DNA of 64,000 bases. Source: Hypanus sabinus (lineage: Eukaryota). Each line of letters starts with the position of its first letter. The stretch's first letter is position 1. The position numbers and the translations under genes are program-made. The notes under the pieces are model-generated. The model did not search any database. It was not told where the DNA came from and was given only the letters and a program-made list of their open reading frames with translations. Of the stretch, positions 13,760-27,039 are shown in pieces. The stretch spans positions 22,134,001-22,198,000 of the forward strand of contig NC_082731.1 of NCBI RefSeq assembly GCF_030144855.1, written 5' to 3'.

Positions 13760-16700
13760 TATAACCACAGAACCATATAACAATTACAGCACTGAAACAG
13801 TCCATCTCCGCATTTCTAGTCCAGGCCGAATACTTACTCTCAGCTAATCCCACCGACATACACTCAGCCCATAACCCTCCATTCCTTTCCTTTCCATATA
13901 ACTATCCATTTTGTTTTTAGTAACAATACCGAACCTGCCTCTACCACTTCTACTGGAAGCTCGTTCCACACAGCTACCACTCTGTGAGTAAAGTAGTACC
14001 CCCTCGTGTTACCCCTAAAATTTTGACGCCTAACTTCCAAATCATGTCCATTTGTTTGAATCATCACTACTCTCAATGGAAAAATCCTATCCTCGTCAAC
14101 TCTATCTACCTCCCCATAATTTTAAACACCCCTATCAAGTCTCCCCTCAATCCTCTACGCAACAAGTATAAAGACATAACTTAGACAATATTTCTCTGCA
14201 ACGTAGGTGCTGAAAACCCAGTTAACATTCTAAGAATTCACCTCTGTACTCTCACTATTTTGTTGTCATTTTTCCTATAATTCGGTGACCAGAACTGTAC
14301 ACAATACACCAAGTACGGTCTCACCAATGCCTTCCAAAATTTGAACACTACTCCCTAACGCCCATTTTCAATGCTCTGATTTATAATGTCCTACATACCA
14401 ACATGCCCTATACACATTAGGTTCAAACTTCAGGGAACTATGCATCATTATTCCTAGATCACTCTGTTCTACAACATTCCACAATGCCCTACCATTTACC
14501 ATGAATGTCCTATTTTGATTAGTCCTACCAAAATGTAGCACCTCACGCTTATCAGCATTAAACTCCATCTGCCATCTGTCAGCCCACTTTTCTAACTGAC
14601 CTAAATCTCTCTGCAAGCTTGGAGAGCCGACTTCTTCATCCAAAAAACCACATCTAACTATCATCTACATATTTACTAATCTAATTTACCACCCCATCAT
14701 CAAGATCAATAATGCATATTACAAAAAAAAAAAAAAAAATGGACCCAGCACAGATCCCTGAGGAACACCGGCCTCCAACAGTTATCCACAACCACTCTTT
14801 GGCATCTCCCATCAAGCCACTGTTGAATCCATCTTACTACTTCAATATTAATACCTAACAATTGAACCTCCCTATCTAAACTTCCGTGTGGAACCTTATC
14901 AAAGGCCTTACTGATGTCCATCTAGACAACATGCACCACTTTACCCTCGTCAACTTTCCTAGGAACTTCCTCAAAAAAATAAATAAGATTTGTCAAACAT
15001 GACTTCCCACGCACAGATCCACATTGACTGCTCCTAATCAGACGCGCTTTGTGCAGATAAATATATATATATAACTTTTCTAACAATACTCTCCATTAAT
15101 TTACCCCCGACTAACGTTAAACCTACAGCCCGATAATTGCTATATTTACTCATAGATTCCTTTTTATACAATGGAACCACTTGAGCAATACGCCAATCCT
15201 CCGGCACCATCCCCGTTTATAAAGAAATTTGAAATATTGCAGTCTGAACCACTGCTATTTCTACACTAACTTCCCACAAGGTCCTAGGGAATATCCTCCC
15301 AGGACTTAGAGACTTATCCATTTTTGATATTCTTTAAAAGCGCCAGTACTTCATTTTCTTTAATCATCATCATAGTTAACATAACTATTCTACTTGGTTC
15401 CCTTAACTTACACAATTCAAAATCCCTCTCCTTAGTGAATAACGAAAAAAATAATTTGTTCAAAATCTCCCCCTTCTCCTCTGGTTCCACACACAGCTGT
15501 CCACTCTGATTTTCTAATGGACCAATTTTATCTCTCAGTGTACTTTTGCTATTAATATAACTGGAATTCTGGAAACCCGTGGATTTCTTTTCACCTTACT
15601 TGCCAAAGCAAACTCATATCTTCTTTTAGCTTTTAAAGTTTCTTTCTTAAGTTTCTTTTTTACATTTTTATATTCCTCGGGAAGCTCATTTAATCCATGC
15701 TGCGTATATTTATTGAAGATCTCTCTCTTTTTCCGAACAAAGTTTCCAGTATCCCTTGAATATCATGGCTCCCTCAAACTTTTAACCTTTCCTTGCAATC
15801 TGACTAGGACATAAAGATACTGTACTCTCAAAGTGTCACCTTTAAATGACCTTCATTTCTCTATTACATCCTTCCCATAAAACAAATTGTCCCAATCCAC
15901 TCATTTTAAATTCCTTTCGCATTCCAGCAAAGTTAGCCTTTCTCCATTCAAAAATCTCAACCCTGTGTCCAGTCCTATCCTCCTCTATAAATATAATGAA
16001 GCTAATGTAATTGGGATCACTGCACCCGATGTGCTCCCCAACATACACTTCCTGACCTATCACATTCTCTGACAAGAGATCCAGCACTGCCCCATTCGCT
16101 AGTTGGTACCTGTATGTATTGCTGCAATGAAACTATCCTGCACAGAGTTTAGAAAATCCAAACCATCCAGCCGTTTTGCAGAATGGGCTTCCCAGTCTCT
16201 GCGCAGACAATTAAAATCTCCCACAATCACTACCTTGTGCTTACTGCAAATATCTGTCATCTCTTTACACGTTTGCTCCTCTAATTCTCGTTCCCTATTA
16301 AGTGGTCTATAATACACCCTTATCAGTGTTACTATACCTTTCCTATTCCTCAATTCCAACTAGATTGCCCTCCTAGACGAGCCATCTAATCTAACCTGCC
16401 AAAACACCGCTGTAACATTTTCTTTGACAAGCAATGCGACACCTCCTCCTCTTGCCCCTCCGATTCTATAAAACCTGAAGGAATGAAATCCAGGGATATT
16501 TAGTTGCCAATCACATCTCTCCTGAAAACATGTTTCACTAAAAGCTGCAACATCATATTTCCAGGAATCAATCCATGGTCAATGCTCATCCACCTTTCGT
16601 ACAATGTTCCTTGCATTAAAATAGATTCGTTTGAGAAATTTTCCACCACTTACTCTCTGTTTGTCCTTAACGATGCAAACAACTTTATTATCTTTTTGCT

Positions 16701-18060
16701 CCTTCTCCTGTACATCTTCGCTCTGAGAGTTCCCCTTCTCTATCAGCTGCCTATATTCCTCGCACTCTGACTAGGAGCTTTCTGTATTTGTGAACTAGCC
16801 TCGTCTCTTTTAGTCTTTTCAAATTGATTCCCACCGCCCCACCCAAACAGTCTAGTTTATGACTCCCAAGTAACCCCAGCAAATTTTCCTGCCAGGATAT
16901 TGGTACCTCTAGGATTCAAGTGCAACCCAAACTTTTTGTACAGGTCACACCTGCCCCAAAAGAGGTCCCAATGATCGAGAAACTTGAATCCCTTGCTCCA
17001 ATCCCTCAGCCACGCCTTTACCCTCCACCTCATTCCCTTCCTACTTTCACTGTCGCGTGGCACAGGCAGTAATCCCGAGATTACTAACGTTGTGGTCCTT
17101 CTTCTCAACTCCCTTCCTAACTCTCTATATTCTCCTTTCAGGACCTCTTCCTTTTTCCTACCTATGTTATTGATACCTATATGTACCACAATCTCTAGCT
17201 CCTCACTATCCCAATTCAGGATATCTTGGACACGATCAGAAACTTCCCGGTCTCTGGCACCAGGGAGGCAAACTACCCTCCTGTTCTTCTGACTGCGTCC
17301 ACAGAATCGCCAATCTGACCCATCTAAATATCGAGTCCGCTACTACTACTGCCGTTCTCATCCTTTCCCTACCCTTCTCAGCCACAGTGACGGACTCTGT
17401 GCCGGAGGTACGGCGACTGTTACTTCCCCAAGGTAGACTGTCCACCCCAACAGTACTCAAGCAGGAGTACTTATTGTCAAGGTTTATAGACACTGGGGTA
17501 CTTCTCTTGTAGCTGACTCTTCACTTTCCCTCTCCTAACCGTGACCCACTGGACAGCCTCCCGTGGCCTCGGTGTGATCACCTTGCTGCCTGTAACTTCT
17601 CTCTATGAATTCCTCACTCTCCCTGTCCAGAGAATGGTAATCGAGCTGCAGCTCCAGTTCCCTAACACAGTCCCATATGAGCTGCAGCTCGGGTCACCTG
17701 GCGCAGATATGGACGTCAGGGCAGCTAGGAGACTATAGGACCTCCCTCATCCGACACCAAGAACAACAAGATGCCCTCACACTCATAAGCCCCACTTTCC
17801 TTAAATTACAGGAACATTTGAAAAGTAAGCCTACCATGCCTCGACCGTTTCCGCCTAAGTCCATTGAACCAAAGCCCTTACGTTTTCACTATGCTCCCGG
17901 CACACTCTGCTGCCCACTCACCGACGTTGCCCGCTGTCTAAAGCTGTACTCCTTTTAAATCTTCCGCGCTTCACTGCCCGACGTCACGCGCTTGTGCAGA
18001 CCTGCCTCTCTTAACTCCGATGAGAAGAAGAAAAAATCAAAATGCCTGCCGCCGCACTCC
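13760..18060 (-). mobile_element. CR1-clade LINE, near full-length, decayed (ORF1 with SGNH esterase; ORF2 endonuclease and RT)
   Basis: Minus-strand ORFs: VHIGINNIGRK...GLHLNPRG (esterase, 16857-17189); VYYRPLN...VIVGDFN (APE endonuclease, 16099-16359); MDISKAFDKVPHG (RT, 14706-14921); MEFNADKREVLHFG; FTHRVVAVWNELP. 3' tail ATAACC... near 13760. Confidence 0.9.
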
Positions 18061-21000
18061 CGTTCTGATTCTCTGTCTCCCATCTCCAACACTATCTGGA
18101 ATTTATGAAATTCACGGAAAAATAATAAAATGAATGAATATATTGAAATAAAAAGCTAAATTAATCTTAGAGACGGTTGAAATGTTAGCATCGTATGTGA
18201 GCCTATGGACAATTTTCTGTTCTCTGTCAGTCTCTCACTAGACGCAAGTTAATGATAGCATGTGACGCAAGAAGCACTGCCTATTGTCAAATACTCTGGG
18301 TTAAGACTGTTTTGTTGTTTATGCCGTTCTCATAATTCAGATCAAAGTACTCCACCAATCTTGAATTCCAGAAGTTTCACCGCCGTCTGCTGGAAGTATT
18401 CTTATCTGAAATGGTTCCATATATTTTCACATTGATTGGTTAGTCTGTTTTTTCAAAAAAATCCTTGCAATTGGGTCTGCAGAGCAGACTGTTCAGACTG
18501 TGCATTTAATTGACAACAGGCTTCATCGAACTCCCCCATGCTTTAGTCCGGAGCTTGAGGAGGGTAAAGTAGACTGCCGGGAGGGGAACTGCGGCTCGGT
18601 TTCATTCCGACGTAATCGTACTTATGGATGTGACAGCACAGACACTGTGTTGTACAACTTCAAAAGAGAGTCGGCAAATCGGACGGCACAATGATGCAAT
18701 GGATAACGCACTGCTTAAAAGAACTAGTTCAACAATGTATCGCAATTGAAAGCTGACTTGCAAAACAAGGAAAGATTAAAAGTCAAATTAAACAGTACAT
18801 GGTTCACTGCGATATCGAAATAAATTGTGGACGTACTGCAGCAGTATCATCTTCGTTCAGTTGCTGCGTTGTTTCTTTAAACGTTTCTCTTCATTATTGC
18901 CTTTTGTGATATTCACAGCCCGGGACTCTAACTTCTGCCTTTAGTGGACAATTGGACCGAAGCAGAGAGCCCAGACTTCCAAGGGGATCTTAAAGAACAG
19001 CTGCTTCACTGCTCCAAGGTGTCCCTCAAATGATAGAAGAGGGAGCTGTGATATCCGCTTTGCTAATTATTGGAATGTAATTTTCTCCACGAAATATCGG
19101 ATAATACCTTAATTTCGCAGTATATTTCGAGTAAATTTCGCCAGCGTCGAGTCGAACTTTGGGACACCATGGCCCGCATCTTACTGAAGGGATTGCAACC
19201 TCCCCCTGCAGCATCAAATTGAAGTTATAAATTGTAATTGCATTGGAAGAAGGCGTCAAGTGGTAACTCCATGCGTATAGCTCCCTTTTGGATAACCCAA
19301 TAACCGTACACAGGACGAGGGCAGGTGCAGTACAGTCAATTCCTTGGGGTATTCAATAAGCAACATCGTTTCAAGAGCAAAAAGAAGTAAACACTTTCGA
19401 TATCATACGTCAAGGGAACTCATACAGTTCGATGATGGAGTGGTTGAATTCAAGTGAAGTTTTACTCTCTCGTTCAAGACCCTAGTGGGTTTGAAATAAT
19501 TACTTTCTGTATCCTGCTGGTTTTTATATATTTACTGAGGCTCTTATCCCTTTTTCCAGGTAGCAGCCGGGAGAAAAGAGCGAAAACTGAGTGCTGTGAC
19601 CACTGGATAATGGAGTTTGCTTTCCTGCAACAGCATTCCGTGTCTCTGCCCTAAATGGTGGGGAGACGTTATCTCTAAGGGACGGTGCCACACCAACAAC
19701 TCCTTGTGGGATCTTCCGTACAGCGGCATTGTTGTTGCCATGCCAGATCGTGCTTTATTTTGTCATGTACTCGGCACCTCTTTTCTATGGAACTTGGTCA
19801 GTGCTTTTGACCTGATACCTACGGTGATACCGAAGGGATAAAATGGACGGCTTGATATCCAGAAATATGGCTACACCTCACCACCTGTAATGAGAAAGTT
19901 CTATTATTGTGATTTAACCAATTGCGAGAAATGATAAAGAGTTTATGATAAGATAAAAAAGGAAAAAAAATAGTGACTCAAAATAGAAATAAATGGTGAT
20001 AAAATAATTAGTTTCGAATGAACAGACTTTCAAACTGAGCGCTACCGGCTCCATTAAGTAATTAAAATCATATGACTGCAAATGGATTTCACCCGAACTA
20101 TTTCCACTTGGCGAACGTGAGCATTAAATATATAAAGGCATTAAATTTGTTCATCTTCTGCTTTCGATTTGCCCTTAAGACAGTCTTTAAAAAAGTGCTT
20201 ATTAACCGAGACTCTACGAGCCAACAGTACAGAAGAAGCTTCAAACTTGTATAGTAGGTAGGAAATTTTATAATAATTTTGTGTTGCAACTGCACATGCG
20301 ATGTCCCGAGGTTAATCCAACGTATAATCCAAAACGTTTCGATGTAGAGATTCACCACCTTCAGAGAATCAATTGGGAGAGAATAGTTTCTGATGAAGAG
20401 ACACACACACTGGGAAGGACTAATCGAAAGCCTCAGCTGTCTGCGCTTGTTAGCCTGTCGCTGCTGTTGCAGAAATATCTTAAGTATTGCCAGCAGACGA
20501 TTAAACGCATAGGAGCGGAATAAACACTCGTTATAAGCACACAGAATAAGAATCAGCAGAAATCGACATATCGAGTCGGGTTAATTATTATCCGTTTCAC
20601 CCATTTTTCTGCCATCTTCCTGGAATCGTCAACGCCCTGTCTAATCAAAAATAAAATCACACACACTATCATCCTTGGTTTCCATCACACTCAATTGCTT
20701 GAGATTAACAATGAGCACACTTTCACCTGCCCTTGAAAGATCAATACCTGTTCCTGCCAATTGTCGATCGAATTCAACCTTTTATGAGAATGTACCTTCT
20801 CGTCGTTGACTCACAAATACAGAAAACATCCTCTGTGCAGACAAATTATAATTATCTATCCCTTTCAATATTTGTTCACCCCTCATTCTTGTACATTTCA
20901 GCGGTTATAGCACACGTTAAACGCACTGGCACCTCGTTAATACCGGCAAGACATTATCAAATGGCATTAGTTAAGAAGCACAAATCTACAGGCAATACTC

Positions 21001-21539
21001 CAATTGCGGTACAGCCACCTATGACTACTCGAGAAGAGAGGATTGACAGAGTCAAGTCGACCATTGAAGGCAGACTCACCTGTAAAAGCGTTGTTCAGTG
21101 CGGTAACCAAACTCTGGCCAACTCGGATGATCAATTCAGCGATTGTGTTGACCAACACAAGGTATGCTAGGGTTTATTCCTTTTCTGATTTGGTCTTCCA
21201 CAAGAAGAATATAGGGTAAATGGGACGATTCCTCGCAGTGAGATGTAACAGAGTGACTTTAGCTCCATATCAATTATCCCCTCAAGATTTCCGGTGCAAT
21301 TTGAGAGGATGCCAAAGTTCTGTATGTCTTCAGTTGTCGGACAGTCGAGATCAAGAGCTCTGATGTAATGGTTTGCTTTTACAAAACCCTATTTAGTTCA
21401 CGATTAGCATGTTTTTCTGTTGCTGTCATCTGTTTTCGGCAGGATTTTTCAAATTTGAAGCTGGTGCTTGTTAGATCTCCCGGAATGCAGGCTGGACTAA
21501 CGAGTGCTTCTTTCTAAGATTGGCTGGCTGATCGAGGGC

Positions 21540-21785
21540 TTATACCCTTGATGCGAATGCGGATCGTGGGATGGGGGTGCGGGCGGGGAACTTGATGCGT
21601 TTGTACAAGATGTAAAATGCATAAGTCGACACGGATCGTCAAAAACTTGGTCATATTGCCGACAGGAAAATCGGAGGGATGATAATTTAAGTTAATTGGA
21701 GAAGATTATCGTGGTAAAATGTTAGAGTTCGGTTGTATTCACAGAGAATGGTGAGTGCGTGGAACGACCCCGCCCCCCCCCCTCC
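21540..21785 (+). mobile_element. Old CR1 LINE 3' fragment
   Basis: Degenerate match to the CR1 ORF2 C-terminus (...GNLMRLYKM..., FTENGECVE...). Confidence 0.5.
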
Positions 21786-21789
21786 AGGT

Positions 21790-22730
21790 GTGAAACATAG
21801 AAGCATAGAAAATCTACAGCAGAATCCAGGTCCTTCGAACCACAAAGCTGTGCAGAACTGGTCTTTACTTTAGAACCACCTTGGCTTACCCATAGCCGTT
21901 TAGTTTTCGAAGCTCCATGCATCCAACCAGGAGTCTCTTAAATGACAGTATCGTTTCCGCTTCCACTGTCCCCTCCGGTAGCCTATTCCACGCACTAACC
22001 TTTCTTGGAGTAAAAAACAAAAACAACTTACCTCTGACATCTGGTCTGTAGCTACCTCCAAGCACCTTACAAGTATGCTCTCTCGTGCAAGCGATTTCAG
22101 CCCTGAGGAAAGAAAAAAAACTCTGACTATTCACAGGATGCATGCTTCTCATTATCTTGTACATCCCTATCAGGTTAGCTCTCACCCCCCTCCCCACCAC
22201 CTCCCCGTTGCTGCAAGAAGAATAGGCGGAGTTCATTGAAACGATTCTCCTAAGGCATGCTCCCCAGTCCAGGCAATTTTCTTGTAAATCTGCTTTGCAC
22301 ACTTTCTGTGGTTTGCACGTCCTTCCTGGAGTGGGACGATCAGAAATGCGCACAGTACATACCAGGGTGCTATATAGCTGCAACGTTACCGCTCGGCTAC
22401 AAAACACAATGCCAGGATTGATGATGGCCAATGACCCGTATGACTTCTTAACCACAGAGTCAACCTGCGTAGCAGCTTTGCGTGTCCTATGGACTCGTAC
22501 CCAAAGATCCCTCTGAACCTTCACATTGCCAGGAGACTTGCCATTAATACTGGATCTGCCATCATGATTCACCAACGAATATGAAGCACCTCACACTTTC
22601 TTGGGTTAGTCTCCATCTGCCGCTTCTCAGCCCAGTTTTTCATCGTATCAATATCCAGCCGTAAACTCTGAGAGCCCTCCACACTATCCACAACACGGCA
22701 AACATGTGTGTCATCAGCATATTTACTACC
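21790..22730 (-). mobile_element. CR1 LINE 3' fragment
   Basis: ORFs 22569-22769 (KYADDT, QMETNPRKCEVLH) and 21886-22575 (QRDLWVRVH, SAWNRLP). Tail CATAGAA repeats at 21793-21810. Confidence 0.9.
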
Positions 22731-23184
22731 CTGTGCTGTTAGTGACGGATACATTGAGGCATTTGTCATTGTATGATAGCCAGATGCATGAAAGAAATAA
22801 AAAACATTGGTGCCACATGTGTGGTTAAAAGTCTGATGTAATTGGAGTAGTTAAGTGCTCGTTAGAGCATCGTGTATCCGACTGGATTTCATGTCATCCA
22901 GAAACACATGTTCAACTTGACTGTTGTTAAAATATCTTGGGGTTGAAAATGTGAATTTCAGACTGTATGTGGGGACTAATCTTATATCTGGATTCGTCAG
23001 AACATAGCCATGGTGCAGACCAGTGCAGTTATTAAGAGGCATATAATCGAATGAGACATGTTCAGGGCTCGGAGTAGGATAAAGCAGACTGCTAAAAGTT
23101 CTGCTGTGACTCGGTTTCAAACAGACGAAATGTGTGTTCTGATGTAATAGCAGGGATATCACTTATGCTGAGGCTCAGTAAATG

Positions 23185-23400
23185 GAGTAGCACGATGACA
23201 CAGTGGTTTGCAGAACGCGACACAGTAGCAGCAACATTGGTACTATTCTGACCATTGCATGTAAGTAACATTTAGGTGCTCCCCATTACCACGCATGTTT
23301 CCTTCGGGTGCTTCTTCGTCTTGCCTTTGTGCAAGGACCTAACATTGATAGGTTAATGTTTATTAGAATTTCCGATTTGATTATTGTTTAATCACAGGTA
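23185..23400 (+). mobile_element. Degenerate tRNA-derived SINE (V-SINE / HE1-like)
   Basis: 5' GCACGATGACACAGTGGTTTGCA resembles a tRNA-like A box. The core GTTTCCTTCGGGTGCT...GATAGGTTAAT resembles the V-SINE core (from memory). Confidence 0.45.
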
Positions 23401-26400
23401 GCGGGAAAATGATTCTCGACTGGTCGTAAGGGCGTACTTCAATATAAATTAATATGACGTGCAGAATATAACAGAAAAATAAAGTAAATACTATCAAGAT
23501 GCAGTGTAATATCGAGTTAAATAGTAAAGGCAGGAATGTAAACCCGCTTGTTTACCAAAGTCAAATACAGTCATATGTTTTGAGCAATGGCAAACATGGA
23601 CAGAGTACAATGTGTCATAAGCTTTGATTCTTGTTAGTGGAAGGCTGAAATAAAGCAGTGAATTTAATAAAGCTAAAACTGTATGGAATATAATTTGAAA
23701 TAGGGTCTGTTTTGTGATAAGCTAGAGAGGATTAGGTAAAAACTGAAGAGACTGGAGGCACGAGTCCGGAAGTTAAAACAAAAGACAAGCTTTTTTTTTT
23801 GTCAAGAAGTTTACATCAAAAATAATACAGGATCTACAGTGGATGACAAGAAAGCAACCGTAAATTGAAAGGAAGTGCGAGGATAGTTGGTTGCTCAAAA
23901 CATGTATAGATTCTGTCGTGGAACTGTATGACAATGATTCTTTTTGTTTGCAAAGGAATAGACAAACAAAAGATTCCATTAAGCTCAGGATCATGTGTGT
24001 TTTTCCACCAGCAGGTTCTCCGCACTCATGCCTATCCCGCCAGAAAGAGTTAATCACCCGCTTGCCGAATCACCTCCCACAAAAAAAAAAAAAAATCCTT
24101 TCTTATGTGGTTTAGAATGAAAGGCAAAAATACCATATTGTTTCAGTTCTGCATATCTTCCTAAACTCGTGGTTTTAGTGAAGGAAAAGAGACTCTGGAC
24201 GATGACTCCAGTCGAGAGTTTCTTTACATTTCGAAACGTTAATGCTAATCCAGAACTTTCCGGTGTAACTATCACTATACTATTACTTAAACAATATACT
24301 CAGACAATCATTGTATCAATTTAGAAACATGTTTGCAGAAGTTTCGTTCCTCTAAAACACCGCGATTGTACTCACATGTAAGTGCAAATTGTTAATTGTT
24401 CCAGCAACCTTCCCATTCTTTTTTGAACGCGAATTCATGCTGCTCCCGTTCTTGTGACTATACTGTCAGAAGTACGTCTCAGTGATATTCAGCAAAAGCG
24501 CCAAGGGGGTCAAGTGATACTAATGCTTGCATTACAACAGTAAGCTCTCCTTCCCGGAAATCGGGAAAATGGTTTTCATTCTCTTTGTGCCGTTTAAACC
24601 TGGTAAACTGGCAGTCCACTTTTGCAATCGCAATAATATAAATAAACGAAAAGTAAAACTTACTTATGCTGGGTACCGTACACGTCAAACTGACGCGCGT
24701 ATTGTCAGTTCGTGTTAACTCGGGGTCTGCGATTAGGAACTAAGTACTACCAATCTGGTACACAGGTTAATCAAGCAGAAAAAGCACATTCTGAGAATCT
24801 ATGCTTCAAAATTATTGTCTATACAGCTTATGGAATAGAAAGATAAATGCGGAAAATCTGATATGATCATTGGATGTCCCGCAAAAATTTTCACACCCAT
24901 CCTTCTGACAAGTGTTCAGTTTATTACCCATCTCTTCTTCCACACATCATTTTTCTTTCAACATTCTTATTATCGACAACAATCCTCATGTCCACATCCA
25001 CGTCTTTAATGTAATCAAATAAAAGTTTCACTTAAATTGTCTTCCAGTTTATTAATGATCACCCAACTATCTGCTCTGTATATCACACAAGTACAGGCAC
25101 TTGGTTCAATGCCATGATGCCAGACAGCAAATGATATTAATATTTACGCTTCACTGTTCTTTCACGACAAGAATGCACTCACTTTGGAAATTATCTAACG
25201 GTTATATTCCTCGCAGTGAAGGTCATACGTTTGATTCGCTCATTGTAATGTTTTCATTGTCCAAGACAGGAGATTTATCAGTGTAGTGCACACCAGACAC
25301 TGTCAGAAAGTTTCATGTATTTTTGCCTTCTTAAACTTGGTCGATGTTATTTGCAGTAGAAAGCGTTCTATTAACCCCAATGGCCAGCACATGATCTGTC
25401 TCACAACTCAGCAGACTACAAATGGGAGTGATAAAAAAAACACTGGCTGAAATGACGCAGCCACTCTTCCCGCGGAACAGTAGTTAAAGATCAAAGTAAA
25501 TTTAAAAGTATATACAAGACAGCATATTAAACCCTGAGATTATGTTTCATGCGGGCGTACACAGTAACATTTCGCTGACGGAATGGGGTGAAGTTTAGTG
25601 AACTTGCAACCTTTCGTTCAAGTATCTTATGGTTTAGAGGGAATTAATTTTCCCTATCCTGGCGGTGTGTCTCCAGAATCATTTTCTCTTCTTTAAGATG
25701 GCAGACACGAGAAGAGAGAATGACTTGATGCTGGGTGACCTTGATATTGATTTTGTACCGCGACAATGATCAGTGTAGATTTGCTCAGTGGTGCGGAGCG
25801 CTGTATCAGCAATGGACTTGACCGTAACCACGAATTTGTTTGCGAGATTCTCCGTTCAGCGACATTGGTCTTTTCATTCCAGGGCCTATTCCAACCAGTT
25901 ATTCGCCTCTATATGTCTTTTGAAAGTTGCCAATATCTTAGATCTCCTGCATATGGGGATCCCGAATGGGCAAAAACACGGCCTGATATCCAGAATGAAA
26001 GGCCTATTTCAGAAACGTTGGTGACAACGACCGATTCCTAGGTATTAAACACCGGGTAACATTTGGTAATCAGTTCACTATTTCTACATTCACTACAGCT
26101 CTCTGGTATAATCGAAATCTAGGTGCCCAGGCTGTACATAAAACGATTCCGGCCATAGTTGCAACAAGTGATTGCAAAATAAAACACAGCTGCATGCAGA
26201 TCATTGTGTCAAAGTTCCAGAGAAAAGGAAGCACATGTTGATAGTTAAGGCGTCACCACGATGTAGAGTTGTAGGGAGTAGCGCAGACTGTAATCCAACT
26301 GCCTTTTCTTAATGGATGAGAAACTGTAAGTTCAGGGGGAATGCGGAACCAGAGATAGTAAAGGATTATGTGATACTATTTCAGGTGAATTCCTAACGGT

Positions 26401-27039
26401 AAACACAAGCATTTATATTGAATTAACGCATGGGGTGGGGACGATAAATACGTCTTGCATCTCCACAAGATTGCTGTAAAGTTCAGGGAACTGATGCACC
26501 CCGTTTCTGCATCTACAAACACTTGCAACACTCATCTTCGATCAACGTCACCATATACGTTCCATGTATGGTGAGACATGCTGTCTTCATTCCACGGATT
26601 TATAAACATTTTGTCACCTAGTAACATCCGTTTCGTTGCTCAACAGAAGAAAACTACCATACCCTTTATTTTTGGAGAGTCATCACAGCGGGTTGCTGCT
26701 GGTTATTGGTTGAATCAGCTTAGTGATAATTTCGGTATATGAATTTTGCTTCGACATAGGTTTTCTGGGACTGCAGATTTAAAGATACAAACAGACGCAT
26801 CATGAAAAGGAAACATCTCGCATTGCTTCGTATCCTCTGATCAATTCTCCTTAACCGTTTTCATCTCAATAATAGAAAATGAGAGCAAGGATGTAATGCT
26901 GAGGCCTCACTTGGAGTACTGTGAACAGTTTTGCTCCCCTCATCTACTAACACATGTGCAGACATGATAGAGGGCTCAAAGGAAATAACGATCATTCCAG
27001 AATTGAGCGTCTTGTCATATGAAGCACAATTTGATGACT

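Noticed and set aside
22851-23162. Minus-strand ORF with C1-like (QVEH..LD) and TM-like pieces in different frames
   Set aside because: The resemblances fall in different frames and lack the Cys/Trp core, as expected from chance matches.
21228-25219. 14-bp exact repeat ATTCCTCGCAGTGA at 21228 and 25206
   Set aside because: Several 14-mer matches are expected by chance in 64 kb, and the match does not extend.
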